Shown here: positions 24,672-38,223 of the stretch, piece after piece
Layout: the number at the start of each line of letters is the position of its first letter
How positions within the stretch are numbered: the stretch's first letter is position 1
Assembly (NCBI RefSeq): GCF_030028105.1
Contig: NC_092396.1
Span: 27,593,474-27,657,473, forward strand
DNA: 64,000 bases
Reading direction: 5' to 3'
Source of the DNA: Mobula birostris
Taxonomy: Eukaryota
Notes under the pieces: generated by a model
Databases searched by the model: none
What the model was told of the DNA's origin: nothing
The model's input: only the letters and a program-made list of their open reading frames with translations
Made by a program: the position numbers and the translations under genes

Positions 24672-25135
24672 ATCACAAACAAGAGAAAATCTGTAGATGC
24701 TGGAAATCCAAGCAACACACACAAAATGCTGAAGGAACTCAATAGGCCAGACAGCGTCTATGGAAAATGTACACTTGACGTTTTGGGCCGAGACCCTTTG
24801 ACAGGACCGGAGAAAAAATGCTGAGGAGTATATTTAAAAGGTGGGGGGAGGGGAGAGAGAAACACAAGGTGATAGGTGAAACCTGTAGGGGGAGGGATGA
24901 AGTAAAGAGGTGAGAAGTTGATTGGTGAAATGGTAGTGAGGTCCCAAACAGTCCTTCCAGATGAGGTGACACTTCACCTGTGAGGCTGTTGGGGTCATAT
25001 ACCGTGTCTGGTGCTCCCAGTGTGGCCTCCTGTATATCGGTGAGAGCTGACATAGATCAGGAGACTGCTTCGCCGAGCACCTATGCTCTGTCCTCCAGAA
25101 AAAAAAACAGGATCTCCCAGTGGCCACAGACTTCT
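24672..25135. mobile_element. Penelope-like element with an inverted terminus (24672 to about 24935, minus) joined to a GIY-YIG fragment (about 24940-25135, plus)
   Basis: Minus-strand tail and hammerhead-like motif at 24772-24809; the plus-strand part translates to PKQSFQMR*HFTCEAVGVIYRVWCSQCGLLYIGE. Confidence 0.8.
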
Positions 25136-28100
25136 CATTCCCGAAGCTTTTTAATGTCGAGTCAGAAATAAGGAATTAAGTTTCAGAAAATGTTTGCTTA
25201 ATAATTTGAATCCATGGCAACTGGCAGAATAAATTCTTCTTAAAGAATATCTGCTTGTATCTTCTTGACCTAATCTCATAATGGAATTTAATTCCTTCAT
25301 CTACCCAAAACAACCAGACATTATATGAAAGAAAACATGCATTTGTATAGTGCCATCATGCTCTAAGCAGATCCCAAAGCATTTTGTAAAAAATTGTCTT
25401 TATGGAATAAAAATTAAGTTAACGCAACAATGAATGTACAGACATTAGTAAAGTACAGACAATAGGTAAACTTAAGAAATATTACTGGTTGTTTTGAAAT
25501 ATTACTCATATAAAACACAGTATAAAGATTGTAAAGCGTACAGAGCCAACTAAGTATATACTAGTTAAATAACAGTTGAATTATTGGTATTGGCATTGTG
25601 AGAAATTAGAGATTTTGGAAGCAGTATTTATTTCTGTTGCCATAGCTGGGTAAACTTGATGTAGACCGGTGCTACAAGGTTTTGGTTAACATCCCCCAAA
25701 TCCACCCAACTCCAGTCTCCCACCTAAACTAGGGGCAACTTACAATCACCAATTAACCTAGGCAGCACATGTTCAGGAAGAAACAAGGGTACCAGAGGGA
25801 AGCCTCTAAGCATAAGAAGAAAAATTTGAAATGATATTATCAATAGTACAGGAGTCAAAATCAAACCCAAGCCACAGAAATCTATGAGACAGCAGCACTA
25901 CCTAGTTATTCAATAGGGAAAGTGTTGAAATACTTCACGTTTTCATTAACTTCATTTTTTGCACAGAGGTGGAATTATGAGCAGCATCACTTGAAAAATT
26001 CAATGATTTTGTGATTGATCACAAAGTTTTCTGCCAAATCCAGCACATCAGTAGAAGGCTCAGACACATATTTGTGATAATGTACAAAGATACTACCACG
26101 TTGACTGGCAAACTTCACAATCAACCAGCTAAGTAAAGAAATTAAAACAGAAAATGCTGAATATAAATAAGATTTACCAACATTTGAAAAAAAAACAGCA
26201 ATTTTTTTGAGCAGAAACTCTGTCTGAATTTTTAATCACAACATGCCAAGATAGAATGGAAAAGGAAACTAGTAAATATTTGGTTAAAAAAAATGCTTTG
26301 CTATTCAGTAGCTTTGCACATGAAACTCCATGGTTCAAATTGTACAGAAACTTAATTGATGATTTATAAATTCTTATTTTAAAGAATAAAGTAAATACAT
26401 AAAATTACACAAGGGGCTTAAATGAAATGGTCATTTAAACATCCTGTCAAGTGTTAGTGCCTAAGTAAAGGGCTGGAAATGTAAACTCTGGCATTACAGC
26501 CCAACTTCACCTCATGTTGCCAGCTCAAGATCAGAATCAGGTTTAACATCACTGGCATATGTTGTGAGGTTTGCCAATACACATGATCTGAGATTGAATG
26601 CCAAGAAAAAAGCTTTGTTTCCCTTATGCACAAGGAAAAACCTTGCCAGGCCAACCACAGAATTTCACTAGAAAGCAAGCAGCATAGAATTAGAACTAAT
26701 AATTCCCATGGCCAATGGTTCACATCAAAGCTTTATAGTCCTACTACACCTGGCTGAGCCTGGTGGTGGATAATTCAACACTAACAAGAAGAGGTAATTC
26801 CAAGAGCATCCTTATTTCAAGACTGGCAATGTCCAGCAAATGAGTGGCAGAGAGGACTGAAACATTCATATCCATTCATCTTCCTTTAGTTCCTCTCAAT
26901 TTTCACCATTATCTCTGCCTCTGCTCAATTCCCTTATTTTGGCCTGTAAGTGCTTCAGTATACCAGTACATGGACAAAATTAAGACTAAAGTAATAAAAG
27001 ATGCCATATAGAAAGCAACAAATCAAGAATTAATGGGCAGTAACAATAGTTCTGTCGCAACATAAAATGTTGCAAGTCAATAGCATATCCACCAGTAACA
27101 ATGAAGAGCTTCAATATCCAAGCTGTATTTCCATCATTAGAATTTCACTGTGTTGATGCTAGGGTTTCAGTTTAGTGTAATGATGGATACATACATTTTT
27201 ACTGCCTGCTTAGATTAAATGAGACAAACATCTAGCACTACAATTACAGATACTGGTATAAAAATTGATGATTAAAGGCATGTCAAGAAGCACCCCAGAG
27301 AATAGTTATAGTCTCAAAGAACAATTTGGCTGTTCTTTGGTAAATCTGGTAAAAGAAATGCAGGTGGAATATCAGCACTTAAGGTTGAAGCTATGTCAGC
27401 TAGCTATAGCCCTGAGGGGTCGGAACAAAATGTTAGACCCAGGCCTTCCAATTTGGGTGTGTCTACAGAATACATCTAGTCCTACATATCACCAGTGGAA
27501 TGGATTTTAATCCCAGAAAGAGTAAACTGACAATTTAACATTTAGCCAACAGATCAACTCATCCAGTGATCATAATGTGTAACCTTTTAAATATGGCAAT
27601 ACATTAAATACTTGACATTTCCTTTTATCTTCAATATTTTCACTCTTTTATCAGTTCAACAGTACAATAGCGTAATTTACACAGACTGTCTTTAAGATAT
27701 AATCCCCCGATTTTCCAGTTTCACTTAGCTAATATTAGATAGAGACCACCTGCCTAAGTTTTGTGATACAAAACTAAGCTGAATAGCTTTCTAAAGGCTT
27801 CTGTATTATGAAAGAGACATGCTGACTTTTTGTTTCAATCAATTAAATGGAGAGCTGTCTGATGGGGTGCTGGATAAAAAGGTAACCAGATAAATATGAA
27901 GCAGAAAAGCTGAAGAGATACAGAATTATTTGAACTGCTGGTCAAAATGGCTGGTGCAGACTCAACAAACTTAATGATCTCCTTTTATGCTATACATTCT
28001 ATGTATTTAAATATTCAACCAGTAGCTTCTACAGTATACTTAAATTTAACTGTCCAGTACAGATTTCCAGAATTAATATACTCCATTATAATATATAATG

Positions 28101-28388
28101 CATCCAGAGTACTTAGAGAGTGTAACATTGTGAAAACTACAAAAAGCAGGACTCCAGCTCTTAAATAATGTCTTATTTGGTAAAGACAGTATGCACTGAG
28201 CCACATGGATGAGAAAAATCATTCTGTGGTGAGTTAATCAATTTGAACTGGAAGAGCTCATGAATAACTGCAACTGGCTTGAGTACTCTTAATCCAGCTT
28301 TCTTGTTTCAAAAAGTAATTCTACAATAGCATTACATTTCTTGAATGCTTATCTTTGCCGTACACTATTGGGAAAGTAAACATCTTAC

Positions 28389-28569
28389 CGCTTGCCCCTC
28401 TACGGCTGCCCTCTGTCTCCCCAGTACATCCTGCAGTTGCGTGAAGTGCTGTACAAATGCCACCACCTCGGCCTGGAAGCGTTGGGTGTGCACATATTGC
28501 ACCGATGCCATTTGGAAACTCACTCTCATGTCACAATCTCGGTGCAGCAATGGATCTGCTCGGCCATAC
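28389..28569 (-). CDS. VPS13D: VPS13D coding exon (approx. exon 24), 181 nt, phase 2/0
   Basis: aaatcag|G ... GCG|gtaaga; encodes YGRADPLLHRDCDMRVSFQMASVQYVHTQRFQAEVVAFVQHFTQLQDVLGRQRAAVEGQA. Confidence 0.95.
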
Positions 28570-28852
28570 CTGATTTTAAGTTTTTAAAAATGTTATGTTC
28601 AGCAACTTTCACTTAAACAACATCTTTAATGCTGATGTTAATGTTCACTGCTAATGTCATGAGCTGTGCCTCAATGGAGAAAAGAAAGTGAGTGGTGAAA
28701 AGGCTTAGAAGTGGTAGTTCATTAACATGTGCAAAGGTACTATAAACACATTGAACAATTGCAGTGTAGAACAAGCGGAATGCTATGGATGACATAATGA
28801 AAGAAACTGAATTTTCAAAAGTACCTTGTAAATTATCCTGAGATGGTATAGG

Positions 28853-28932
28853 ATGGGATTCCCAACTTCTTTTATGCCATGGGCACCTACCATTAACTGA
28901 GGAGTCTGTGGACCCCACGTTGGGAACCCCTG
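28853..28932. mobile_element. Small hAT-type MITE relic
   Basis: gggattcccaac ... gttgggaacccctg inverted ends; same family as 58905-58962. Confidence 0.55.
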
Positions 28933-30182
28933 GCGTAATGTGAATGGAGGAATATGAATTTTAAATCCAAGTTGTTTAGAACCACCATTCCTCTCTAACA
29001 AGGGTAATAAGACATAGCTGGGTAAACTTTATATTGATTGATGCTATGGGATTTTTTCGGACCTGATGATGAAGAAAATAAGTGCTGTCATAACTAAATT
29101 CTCTGAGAAAAGTGGTTCTCAAGGTTTTAGTGGTATGCATGCTAAGATCTTTGCAAAAATATGTAGTGTTACACAGTGGGAGCAGTAGTGAATTAGTAGG
29201 AAAAAAGATCAAAGCGCAAGTTTAATAATTAATTTTCAGATATAAAAATACTATAAATATTTGCAGAAATCTATTAAAATTTTGTCATATAATTTGATTA
29301 GGTGCACCAGGATGACTATGCTTTTAAAACTATCTGAATAACATGCATACATAGCCTCCATAAGACATCAAACTACTGATACTCTAGCATAAATATATTG
29401 GTGCACAAACAAGGTATAGCATATGGTTGCAATTTCCTCTGTCCTTGTTTTAAAGGTGTTTCTAGTAGAACCTAAGTATTTACTAAAAAAAACACCATTA
29501 GAAATACTGCAAGTTGCTGCAGTCTTCACAAACTTTCAGCTACAAATTTGAATGGAGAGGACTGTGAGGGAGGGAGAGGTGGCAAGAGACAGATCCTGCT
29601 TCACATATTTTTCACTGATACATAGATGCATAAGGTGTGGAAAACAGAAAAAGTGTTTTTTCTTAGTACTAATGGAACGTGAGGCTCCCTGCCAACTGTA
29701 CTGAACATATTTTACTTCAGGCAAAAGAAACTTTTTAAGATCAGTAGCAGTTTCTTTGATTTACAGTGTCAATCAAGATTTAATAGCAACTGTAGTTTAC
29801 TCCCTCAAGCACCCATGCTCATTACAATCCCAACACCTGCAATTTTCTTTTTATTTTTTTTCAGCATAGTTCTGGTGCAGATTACTTTGAAATACAATAG
29901 GGGGAGAATTTCATTAGCAGAAATATGCTTTTTAAACACCCAGTAACTAGAATTTATTGCAGAAACAGAAGAAACCTTCTAGGATCCTGTGATACTGAGG
30001 ATCTCATACAATAATAATTCAATGACCAATGCAAGCATTCTGTCACTTTGTGATTTTATACTACATAGATAAATGCGCTAAACTCAACCTGAAAAGGTTT
30101 ACTTCCAAAGTTCTCGCAAACAGCTTTTATAACATTGCAAAGATAATGTAAAACTTAATCGTTTAAATAAAAACACACACAC

Positions 30183-30309
30183 TTGTAAATGTTGAACACT
30201 AGTGCCTCTTTGCCACTGGTGGTGAAACGCTCCCTATACAGCTCTCCATGAGATGTCAAATCACTTAATGAAAGGCTGCCAAGACTGCCTTGCAAAGCGA
30301 AGTCTCTGT
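30183..30309 (-). CDS. VPS13D: VPS13D coding exon (approx. exon 23), 127 nt, phase 1/2; absent from the ORF track
   Basis: ctgcag|AC ... AA|gtgtgt; manual translation DRDFALQGSLGSLSLSDLTSHGELYRERFTTSGKEALVFNIY(K). Confidence 0.94.
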
Positions 30310-30979
30310 CTGCAGAATACAAGAGGTGAATCTCAGTTAGCGCAGCAGAGATAGGGACATGCAGGTCGACGGGTAGAACAGTTCAATGCCTTTACAAAAT
30401 GTTAACAATTTCACAAGTTTTCAAACAGCATTACCATAACCTATTTTTGAGCATTATCAAAATCTATTTTCAACATCTATTAATCTTTTATAAATCTGTA
30501 TTAAAGGAGATCTAAACAAACCATCAGACCAGGAATATAGATTTACTCAGCTGCCATGCCAAAAATATACAAAACCTTTCACTTATTTTGTTTTTAAATT
30601 GAAAGTATGCTCTATTCTCTCACGGTATGAGTAGAAGCTTTAACTGTAGGGAGAAAACCTTGCCAAAACTCAAGAGCATTCCAAAGAAACTGGGAACTTA
30701 AAAGAGCATTTGGATGGGTGCCCTACCATTTTGTGGTGTTGTTCATGGGTACTTAGATTGATTGCACTATGAGGTGCCTATCAATAATGTACTACAGATT
30801 AAATATCAGAATATAAGAACCAATTTGAGAACAAAAGGAGCAGGCCAGGGGATGAGTTAGCTTGACTTTAACATCTATTATTTCTTGATAGGTGAACAGC
30901 TTTTGTGCTTAAAGACTAGGGATCAAGTTTTAACATCTGTACACACACTCCAAGGCTGGGAGCCCTCAATATTTTGTTT

Positions 30980-31026
30980 TGCATTGCGATCATGGACTGC
31001 ATTGCGATCATGGACTGCACCGCGAT
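30980..31026. repeat. 18-bp tandem duplication (tgcattgcgatcatggac x2.6)
   Basis: Two perfect copies plus a partial third. Confidence 0.9.
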
Positions 31027-31497
31027 TCTTAGCAAAAGTCAGTTAGTTCACAAAATAATTATAGATTTTTGGATGGCTGCTGTTGGATAGGTCAACCTTT
31101 AATTATGTACCTGAGCTAACCTCTGATTAAGTAAAACTTTGGCAAAATTACTTGCTTAACTATTTTGACAAATGCAATAATTTTCAGTCCAACACATTGC
31201 AAAGACACAGCATTGAAAAAAGAAATTACCTTTTTTTAGGTTTTTACAATTAATCATCTTTTTAACTCCAGATTATACACGTTCATTAAAAAAATTGTCA
31301 GATTAGTTTAAAGTACAATAAATTTTTCAATAAAAATTCAGCCATGACTAACAATTTTACACGCTTTCATAAACCAATAACTGAACTTTAGAGTAAACCT
31401 TTATTACCAAAGCATTTTGGGGAATTCTCAGTGTAAATAAGGAGCATTTTTTTCATTTTACCATATTATGTTCTTTGTTGAAGTTCTAACAGAGGTT

Positions 31498-31525
31498 CAG
31501 TGACATCTAGTGGTGGGACATTACT
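31498..31525 (-). promoter_or_regulatory. Candidate CTCF binding site (core plus upstream-like motif)
   Basis: The minus strand reads agtaatgtcccaCCACTAGATGTCACTG, a close match to the CTCF core CCACYAGRKGGCRCT. Confidence 0.55.
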
Positions 31526-32699
31526 TTTCAAAATTGAGTACAGTATACAATACTGCTAAAATATGGAGCCACAACACATGAAGGCCGTATGATGTCTCTT
31601 AAAGACGTATCCAAAATAACTGAATACCTGTCACAAAAGATTATTTGTTACATTATGTAGAATGGAGAGATGATTTTAAAAAATGGTTAAATATTTTAAT
31701 GGATATGGGTCAGGATGATCATGTTGCAGACATGTTTATCCTTCAGGCAATAGTTTAGGACAGGTGTTACTTGAACTTTCCGGAATGGGTGTGAAGAGAT
31801 TCTATAATTTGTCATGTTTGAGTGAAGGCCAACCATCACTCATTCTGATTAGGATACAAAAATGTCCTGGACATGGCTTGTAGGGAAAGATGTGTCTGCC
31901 ACCAGGAGAGATGGTAGTGAGTTTAACAGTGTAAATATAAATTTAACAAAATAAAAGAGATCATTAAAATTGCACATAGTGTAGCAATTATGAGATAATG
32001 ATTGAACGTGCTAATATTACAATATCTTTGCTCCTAATTATAAAAGCCAGATTCTGTTGTCTTTTTTTTGATGTTCCATACACCGGTACCTGTCCTTACA
32101 TTCACGGATTTATAAATCATCTTTGGGTCAGCTTGCTAACAAATAAGATTTAGCCCATTCCCATCATGTGTATAATAGACTTTATTTTCTGCTCCTAAAT
32201 TGTATTACTCGATGCAATTAATTACATCTGTCACTATTTTTTTTATATAGCCTAGGAAATCTTTGAAAATTCTTCTTGGTTTGCTCACTCCCAGTTCTGT
32301 GATACAAGAAAATTTCAGTGCTATTCCCTCCAAGTCTAAGTCATTAACCAAATTAAATCATTTAGTTCATGACCATATGCTAGTCTTTTACTTACACTGC
32401 TAGAAATGTTCTCATTAGAAGTATTATAGTATTTAGTCCATCAAGCCAGTGCTATATTTAGCATAATTCAATCCCTACCTGGGAGCCTGAAAATCAACCT
32501 CAAGTGTATGTTAATTTGCCTTTTAAAAGTTTCCTTGAAATTTAAATCCACCAACCTTTTAGGGACTGTTCTCTAATTCTTGACTACCTTCTGTGTGGAA
32601 GAAGCTTCACTTTTAGCAAATTGCTTTGAAATCATGATCATCTTGTCACTGAACCATTCGTCTGACTTCTTTTTCTGTTCATAACTACATTTTTTTTAG

Positions 32700-33430
32700 A
32701 ATGGGCACTGAGGAGTGTGGTACAACAAAGGGATCTGGGAATACAGGTCCATAATTCATTGTAAGTGGTATCACAGGTAGATAGAGTCGTAAAGAAAGCT
32801 TTTGGCACATTGGCCTTCATAAATCAATGTATTGGGTACAGGAGATGAGATGTTATGTTAAAGTTGTATAAGATGTTGGTGAGGCCTAATTTGGAGTACT
32901 GTGCGTAGTTTTGGTCACCTACCTACATGAAACAAGGTTGAAGGAGTACAGAGAAATTTACAAGGATGTTGCCAGATCTAGAAGACCCGAGTTATAAGAA
33001 AACATTGAATAGGTTAGGGCTGTATTCTTTGGAATGCAGAAGGTTGAGAGGAGATTTGATAGACATATACAACATTGAGGGGTAAAAATAGGGTAAATGC
33101 AAACAGGCTTTTTCCACTGAGGTTGGGTGGGATGACAACTGAGGTCATGGGTTAAGGGTGGAAGGTGAGAAATTTAAGGGGAACATGAGGGGAAACGTTT
33201 TCACTCAGAGAGTTGTGAGAATGTGGAATGAGCTGTCAGCAGAAGTTCATGCTAGCTTGATTTCAACATTTAAGAAAAGTTTGGATAGGTACATAGATGG
33301 AAGGGGTATGGAGGGCTATGGTCCCAGTGCAGGTCAATGAGAGTAGGCAGCCTAAATAGTTTCGGCATGAACTAGATGGGCCAAAGGGCCTGTTTCAGTG
33401 CTGTCCTGCTCTGCGACTTTGTAACGCTAT
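32700..33430 (+). mobile_element. CR1-like LINE 3' fragment (different subfamily)
   Basis: FTQRVVRMWNELS motif; tail gggccaaagggcctgtttcagtgctg. Confidence 0.88.
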
Positions 33431-33811
33431 AACAACCTTCTTTCAAACCATATACATTTAGTCTGCTACCTTATTTTTATAAATACTAGATTTTCTTCAA
33501 AATTAACAATTTTAAATGAAGCCCTGCACAGCTCCACATAATCATGAATTTGACCTTAACCTTTTTATTTTAAATGCTCTTCTTCAACTGACAATGGACT
33601 AACCAGCCCAAAGTTAGCAAGGCTATCCTTCTTTTTCCTTCCTGAACACTGATTCTACATAGAAATGATAGGCAGGAAGATCACTTTCTTACTGCTGATC
33701 CACATGAACTATCATAATTCATTGTGGATATATTTATTCACTTGGTTAATTACTTGATGAAAGAATAGGCTGAAAAGTGGGTATGATTCTCTGACTCAAA
33801 GATGAAAGCAG

Positions 33812-35378
33812 ATCAGAATCAGAATCAGGTTTATGATCACCGGCACGTGACATGAAATTTGTTAACTTAGCAGCAGCAGTTCAATGCAATATATAATCCA
33901 GCAGAGAGAAAAAAAAATAAATTTTAAAAAAATAATAATAAATAACAAGTAAATCAATTACATGTATTGAGTAGAATGAAGAAACATGCAAAAATAGAAA
34001 TACTGTATATTAAAAAAAAGTGAGGTAGTGTTCAAAGATTCAATGTCCATTTAGGAATTCGATGGCAGAGGGGAAGAAGCTGTTCCTGAATTGCTGAATG
34101 TGTGCCTCTGGGCTTCTATACCTCTTACCTGATGGTAACAGTGAGAAAAGGGCATGCCCTGGGCACTGGAGGTCTCTAATAGTGGACGCTACCTTTCTGA
34201 GACACTGCTCCCGTAGATGTCCTGGGTACTTTGTAGGCTCATACCCAAGATGGAGCTGACTAGATTTACAACCTTCTGCAGCTTCTTTTGGTCCTGTGCA
34301 GTAGCCCCTCCATACTAGATAGTGATGCAGTCTGTCAGAATGCTCTCCACAGTACAACTATGGAAGTTTTTGAGTGTATTTGTTGACATGCCAAATCTCT
34401 TCAAACTCCAAATAAACTATAGCTGCTATCTTGCCTTCTTTATAACTACATCAATATGGTGGGACCAGGTTAGAACCTCAGAGATCTTGACACCCAGGAA
34501 CTTGAAGATGCTCACTCTCTCCACTTCTGATCTCTCTATGATGATTGGTATGTGTTCCTTCATCTTATCCTTCCTGAAGTCCACAATCAACTCTTTTGTC
34601 TTACTGATGTTGAGTGCCAGGTTGTTGCTGCGACACCATTCCATTAGTTGACATGTCTCACTCCTGTACGCCCTTTTGTCGCCACCTGAGATCCTACCAA
34701 CAATGGTTGTATCGTCAGCAAATTTATAGATGGTATTTGAGCTATGCCTAGCCACACAGTTATGTGTATCTGAAGAGTAGAGCAGTGGGCTAAGCACACA
34801 CCCCTGAGGTGCGCCAGTGTTGCTCATTAGCAAGGAGGATATATTATCACCAATCTGCACAGATTGTGGTCTTCCGGTTAGGAAGTTGAGAATCCATTTG
34901 CAGAGGGAGGTACAGAGGCCCAGATTCTGCCACTTCTCAATCAGGATTGTGGGAATGATGGTATTAAATGCTGAGCTGTAGTCGATGAACAGCATCCTGA
35001 CATAGGTGTTTGTGTTGTCCAGGTGGTCTAAAGCCTTGTGGAGAGCCATTGAGATTGCGTCTGCCGTTGACCTATTGTGGCGACAGGCAAAGTGCAATGG
35101 GTTCAGGTCCTTGTTGAGGCAGGAGTTCAGTCTAGTCATGACCAATCTCTCAAAGCATTTCAACACTGTCGATGCAAGTGCTACTGGGTGAAAGTCATTA
35201 AGGCAGCCCACATTATTATTCTTAGGCACTGGTAAAAATTGTTGCCTTCTTGAAGCAAGTGGGAACTCCCGCCCGTAGCAGTGAGAGGTTGAAAATGTCC
35301 TTGAATACTCCCGCTAGTTGGCTGGCACAGGTTTTCAGAGCCTTACCAGGTACTCCATTGGGACCTTCTGCCTTGCAG
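33812..35378 (-). mobile_element. Rex1/Babar-like LINE, 5'-truncated, with (CTGATT)n 3' tail
   Basis: 267-aa RT ORF with [30 protein letters not shown]; tail atcagaatcagaatcagg at 33812. Confidence 0.92.
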
Positions 35379-35524
35379 GATATAAGATTAGCAACCAACC
35401 AAATTCAATCTTCTTTGGTACTTAATCACATCTGCAATGACCTAGCAATCTAACTTTCCTCACAGTACTTAACACATTTGACCTAGAAATTACATAACAT
35501 ACTAGTACAGTATTCAAAACTTAC

Positions 35525-35615
35525 CTATCAATGCAAGATGTGCCACCAGTTTGGACACATTGGCTTTGGCAAGTTCATTTGTCTTCTTATTTAACACCAG
35601 AGACAGCGAGTGAAC
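35525..35615 (-). CDS. VPS13D: VPS13D coding exon (approx. exon 22), 91 nt, phase 0/1; absent from the ORF track
   Basis: Manual translation VHSLSLVLNKKTNELAKANVSKLVAHLALI; acceptor ttttccccctctgag|GTT, donor ATAG|gtaagt. Confidence 0.93.
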
Positions 35616-36374
35616 CTCAGAGGGGGAAAAACAATTAGCAAGCTCCTTCCATATACAACTACACGATATCCATGTTTTTTGAACCTTTCTGAATTGTGAA
35701 TGAATACTTTAATTATACCAGCTCAGACTGATTCACTGGAATCGGATTTATCAGTTAACTGCATTAAACAGTATTCTTTTCAAACGTGCAAACTTACTAA
35801 AAGTCAACCAGCAATGAGAAGAAATTTTTAAAAAACACTATTAAGACCTAAGCTGCCAAGACATAAAGAACATCAAATTGGACACCAGTGATTCAGTGAA
35901 TCAAGAGTTAAGGACCCCAAACAAATGACACTGAATAAATGGTAGAATCACTAGCTTTAAGGGCTTAACTAGCCAGATTCTGCAATATAAGTAAACAAAT
36001 ATGTGAATCATTGCATTAATTTACTGAAATCAGACTTGACTAAGTAAAATCCATGGCATTCTTGGTTACCCTAGTCTCTTTTGTACCTGCCAACCCTGAA
36101 AATTCTTGAAACATTTTCATGAAATTACAGAAGACACAGGGATGATTAATTTATCAAGGTGTAAGATTCAGGCAATTAGCATATTACAACTATTTGCATG
36201 GAAACATCAGCTGGGTAAGCATACTTTTGACTTTCTGAGCAGGCTGCTCATGCAGTCAGACAACTCTGATGTTAAAATGAAAACTTGCTTGGTACGACAC
36301 ATTTAAAAAAAAGTCCTACAGTAATAATCCCTCCACCTCCGATTACTACTTACTTACATCTCAGAAAGAAAAAA

Positions 36375-36845
36375 ACCATAAGACCATAAGGTTTAGGAGC
36401 AGAAGTAGGCCATTCGGCCCATCAAGTCTGCTCCACCACTCAATCATGGGCTGATCCACTTCATCCATTCATCCCCACACCCCTGCTTTCATCCCATACC
36501 CTCTGATGCCCTGGCTAATCAAGAACCTATTTATCTCTGTCTTAAATACACCCAATGACTTGGTCTCCACAATCGCTCGTGGCAACAAATTCCACAGATT
36601 TACCACCTTCTGTCTAAAGTAATTTCTCTGCATCTCAGTTCTAAAAGGACATCCTTCAATCCTGAAGTCGTGCCCTCTTGTCCTAGAATCCCCTACCATG
36701 GGAAATAACTTTACCATGTCTAATCTGTTCAGGCCTTTTAACATTTGGAATGTTTCTATGAGATCCCCCCTCATTCTCCTGAACTCCAGGGAATACAACC
36801 CAAGAGCTGCCAGACATTCCTCATACGGTGAACCTCGCATTCCTG
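36375..36845 (-). mobile_element. CR1-like LINE 3' fragment, about 40 bp downstream of the VPS13D exon donor at 36886
   Basis: LGLYSLEFRRMRGDLIETF...VVNLWNLLP; (cttatggt)n tail. Confidence 0.92.
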
Positions 36846-36885
36846 AATATAATACAAATCTATAGAACAGTATAAATCAAAATAC

Positions 36886-37923
36886 CTTCAGATCTAACTT
36901 TGTGTTTACTGGCTCCTGGCCAGCATCAGATGACACATCTGTTTCATCAGGTCTTGCCTGAGGTTGAAGTTCTTCCACAGGGGGTTTCAAGCCATGATTG
37001 GTGGCTGTTGATCCAATCCCAAAAAAATCCAAAATCATTACCCAGGTCTGAAGTGTAATCAGCACATCCAGGCAGTTGAAGTCCACATCCAAATTCCTGT
37101 TGACCTTATTGTAACGTGTGGAAAATTCAGGATGTTTCTTATCCACAAGAAAAATATTAATATGCACTAATGAATCATCAAAATTTGTTCTGGTACAGCA
37201 TGCCTTAGAGCTTTTCAATCTTGGGGATGGTGGAGGGGTCCGAAGGCATTCTGAATCTTTGTCTTCTTTATGTTTTTTTTGTGTAGAGGATGGCCGTTGG
37301 TAAAACTGGAACACATTCTGTGCCTCTTCCATGTGGGCTGGGAGGGATCGTGGCATCTCAGGATACTCTACATTGGAGATAGAAGGACAAGACTGGGACA
37401 AGTATTCCTTTTGTGTAAAACTGGAAGGCTTGGGTGCTCCTCTGGACACCATTAAATGCTTGTACTTAGAGTCTGTCTTTTTTTCCAGTAAATCTTCCAT
37501 CAGTAGTGACCGCAAAGCTACCTGAATAGACAGAGTATGAGGCTGGTCTTTACTGAATTCAACTTCAAAGTCTTTAAACTTTAAACTAACCAATCCTTGC
37601 GCTTCCAGTGTAAGATCACCACACAACTGAATCTGTAACTCAGAGATGCAGAAATTAGCTTGAATTTGAGTGAATGATTTTGACTCTGGAATTGGAAAGG
37701 AATCAACGGGAGTGGATGGATAGCTCACTCGGCCAAAAAGACCACTCTCTTTCCATTCTCGTTGAAGATCAGAGATCTTAAGGCTTCTCAGCGGTGAAGG
37801 AACATTATGGTGGTCTGACACATCAGCAGTTGAACTATGTGAGATTTTGCTGAGGTCCTCGCTGTACGTCAGGTTATCCAGTGTCTGTAGGACCTGTTCA
37901 TAAACATGCTTCGCTAATGTTAC
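36886..37923 (-). CDS. VPS13D: VPS13D coding exon (approx. exon 21), 1038 nt, phase 0/0
   Basis: Lies within the 350-aa ORF; gtgcag|GTA ... AAG|gtattt; encodes VTLAKHVYEQVLQTLDNL...DVDFNCLDVLITLQTWVMILDFFGIGSTA...VNTKLDLK. Confidence 0.96.
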
Positions 37924-38223
37924 CTGCACAATAAGGAAACAAATTAAAGGCTATTCCAAACTCCTGCTACAAGCATAGATTATTTCAAAATACTTCCAAC
38001 TAACCAACTAATTCTGAGAATAAGTATTTTTGACATGCAGGCACACATCAAAACCATTTTTCTCGCTTTAGGAAAATCTGCCCAACTTGTTCATTGTTTC
38101 CAGTAGTTTATGCTTTATTAGAGGTTTTAAGAATCCACAGATGGGGTTTGATGGCAAAAGACAAATAATAAGGTGACACAATAGACATGAAGTAAATGTG
38201 CAAGGAAATTGATAAATATTTAC

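Noticed and set aside
34426-35229. RT ORFs (also 53173-53958 and 15551-16132) as active or domesticated genes
   Set aside because: They are flanked by frameshifts, stops and truncations and lie within ordinary LINE relics.
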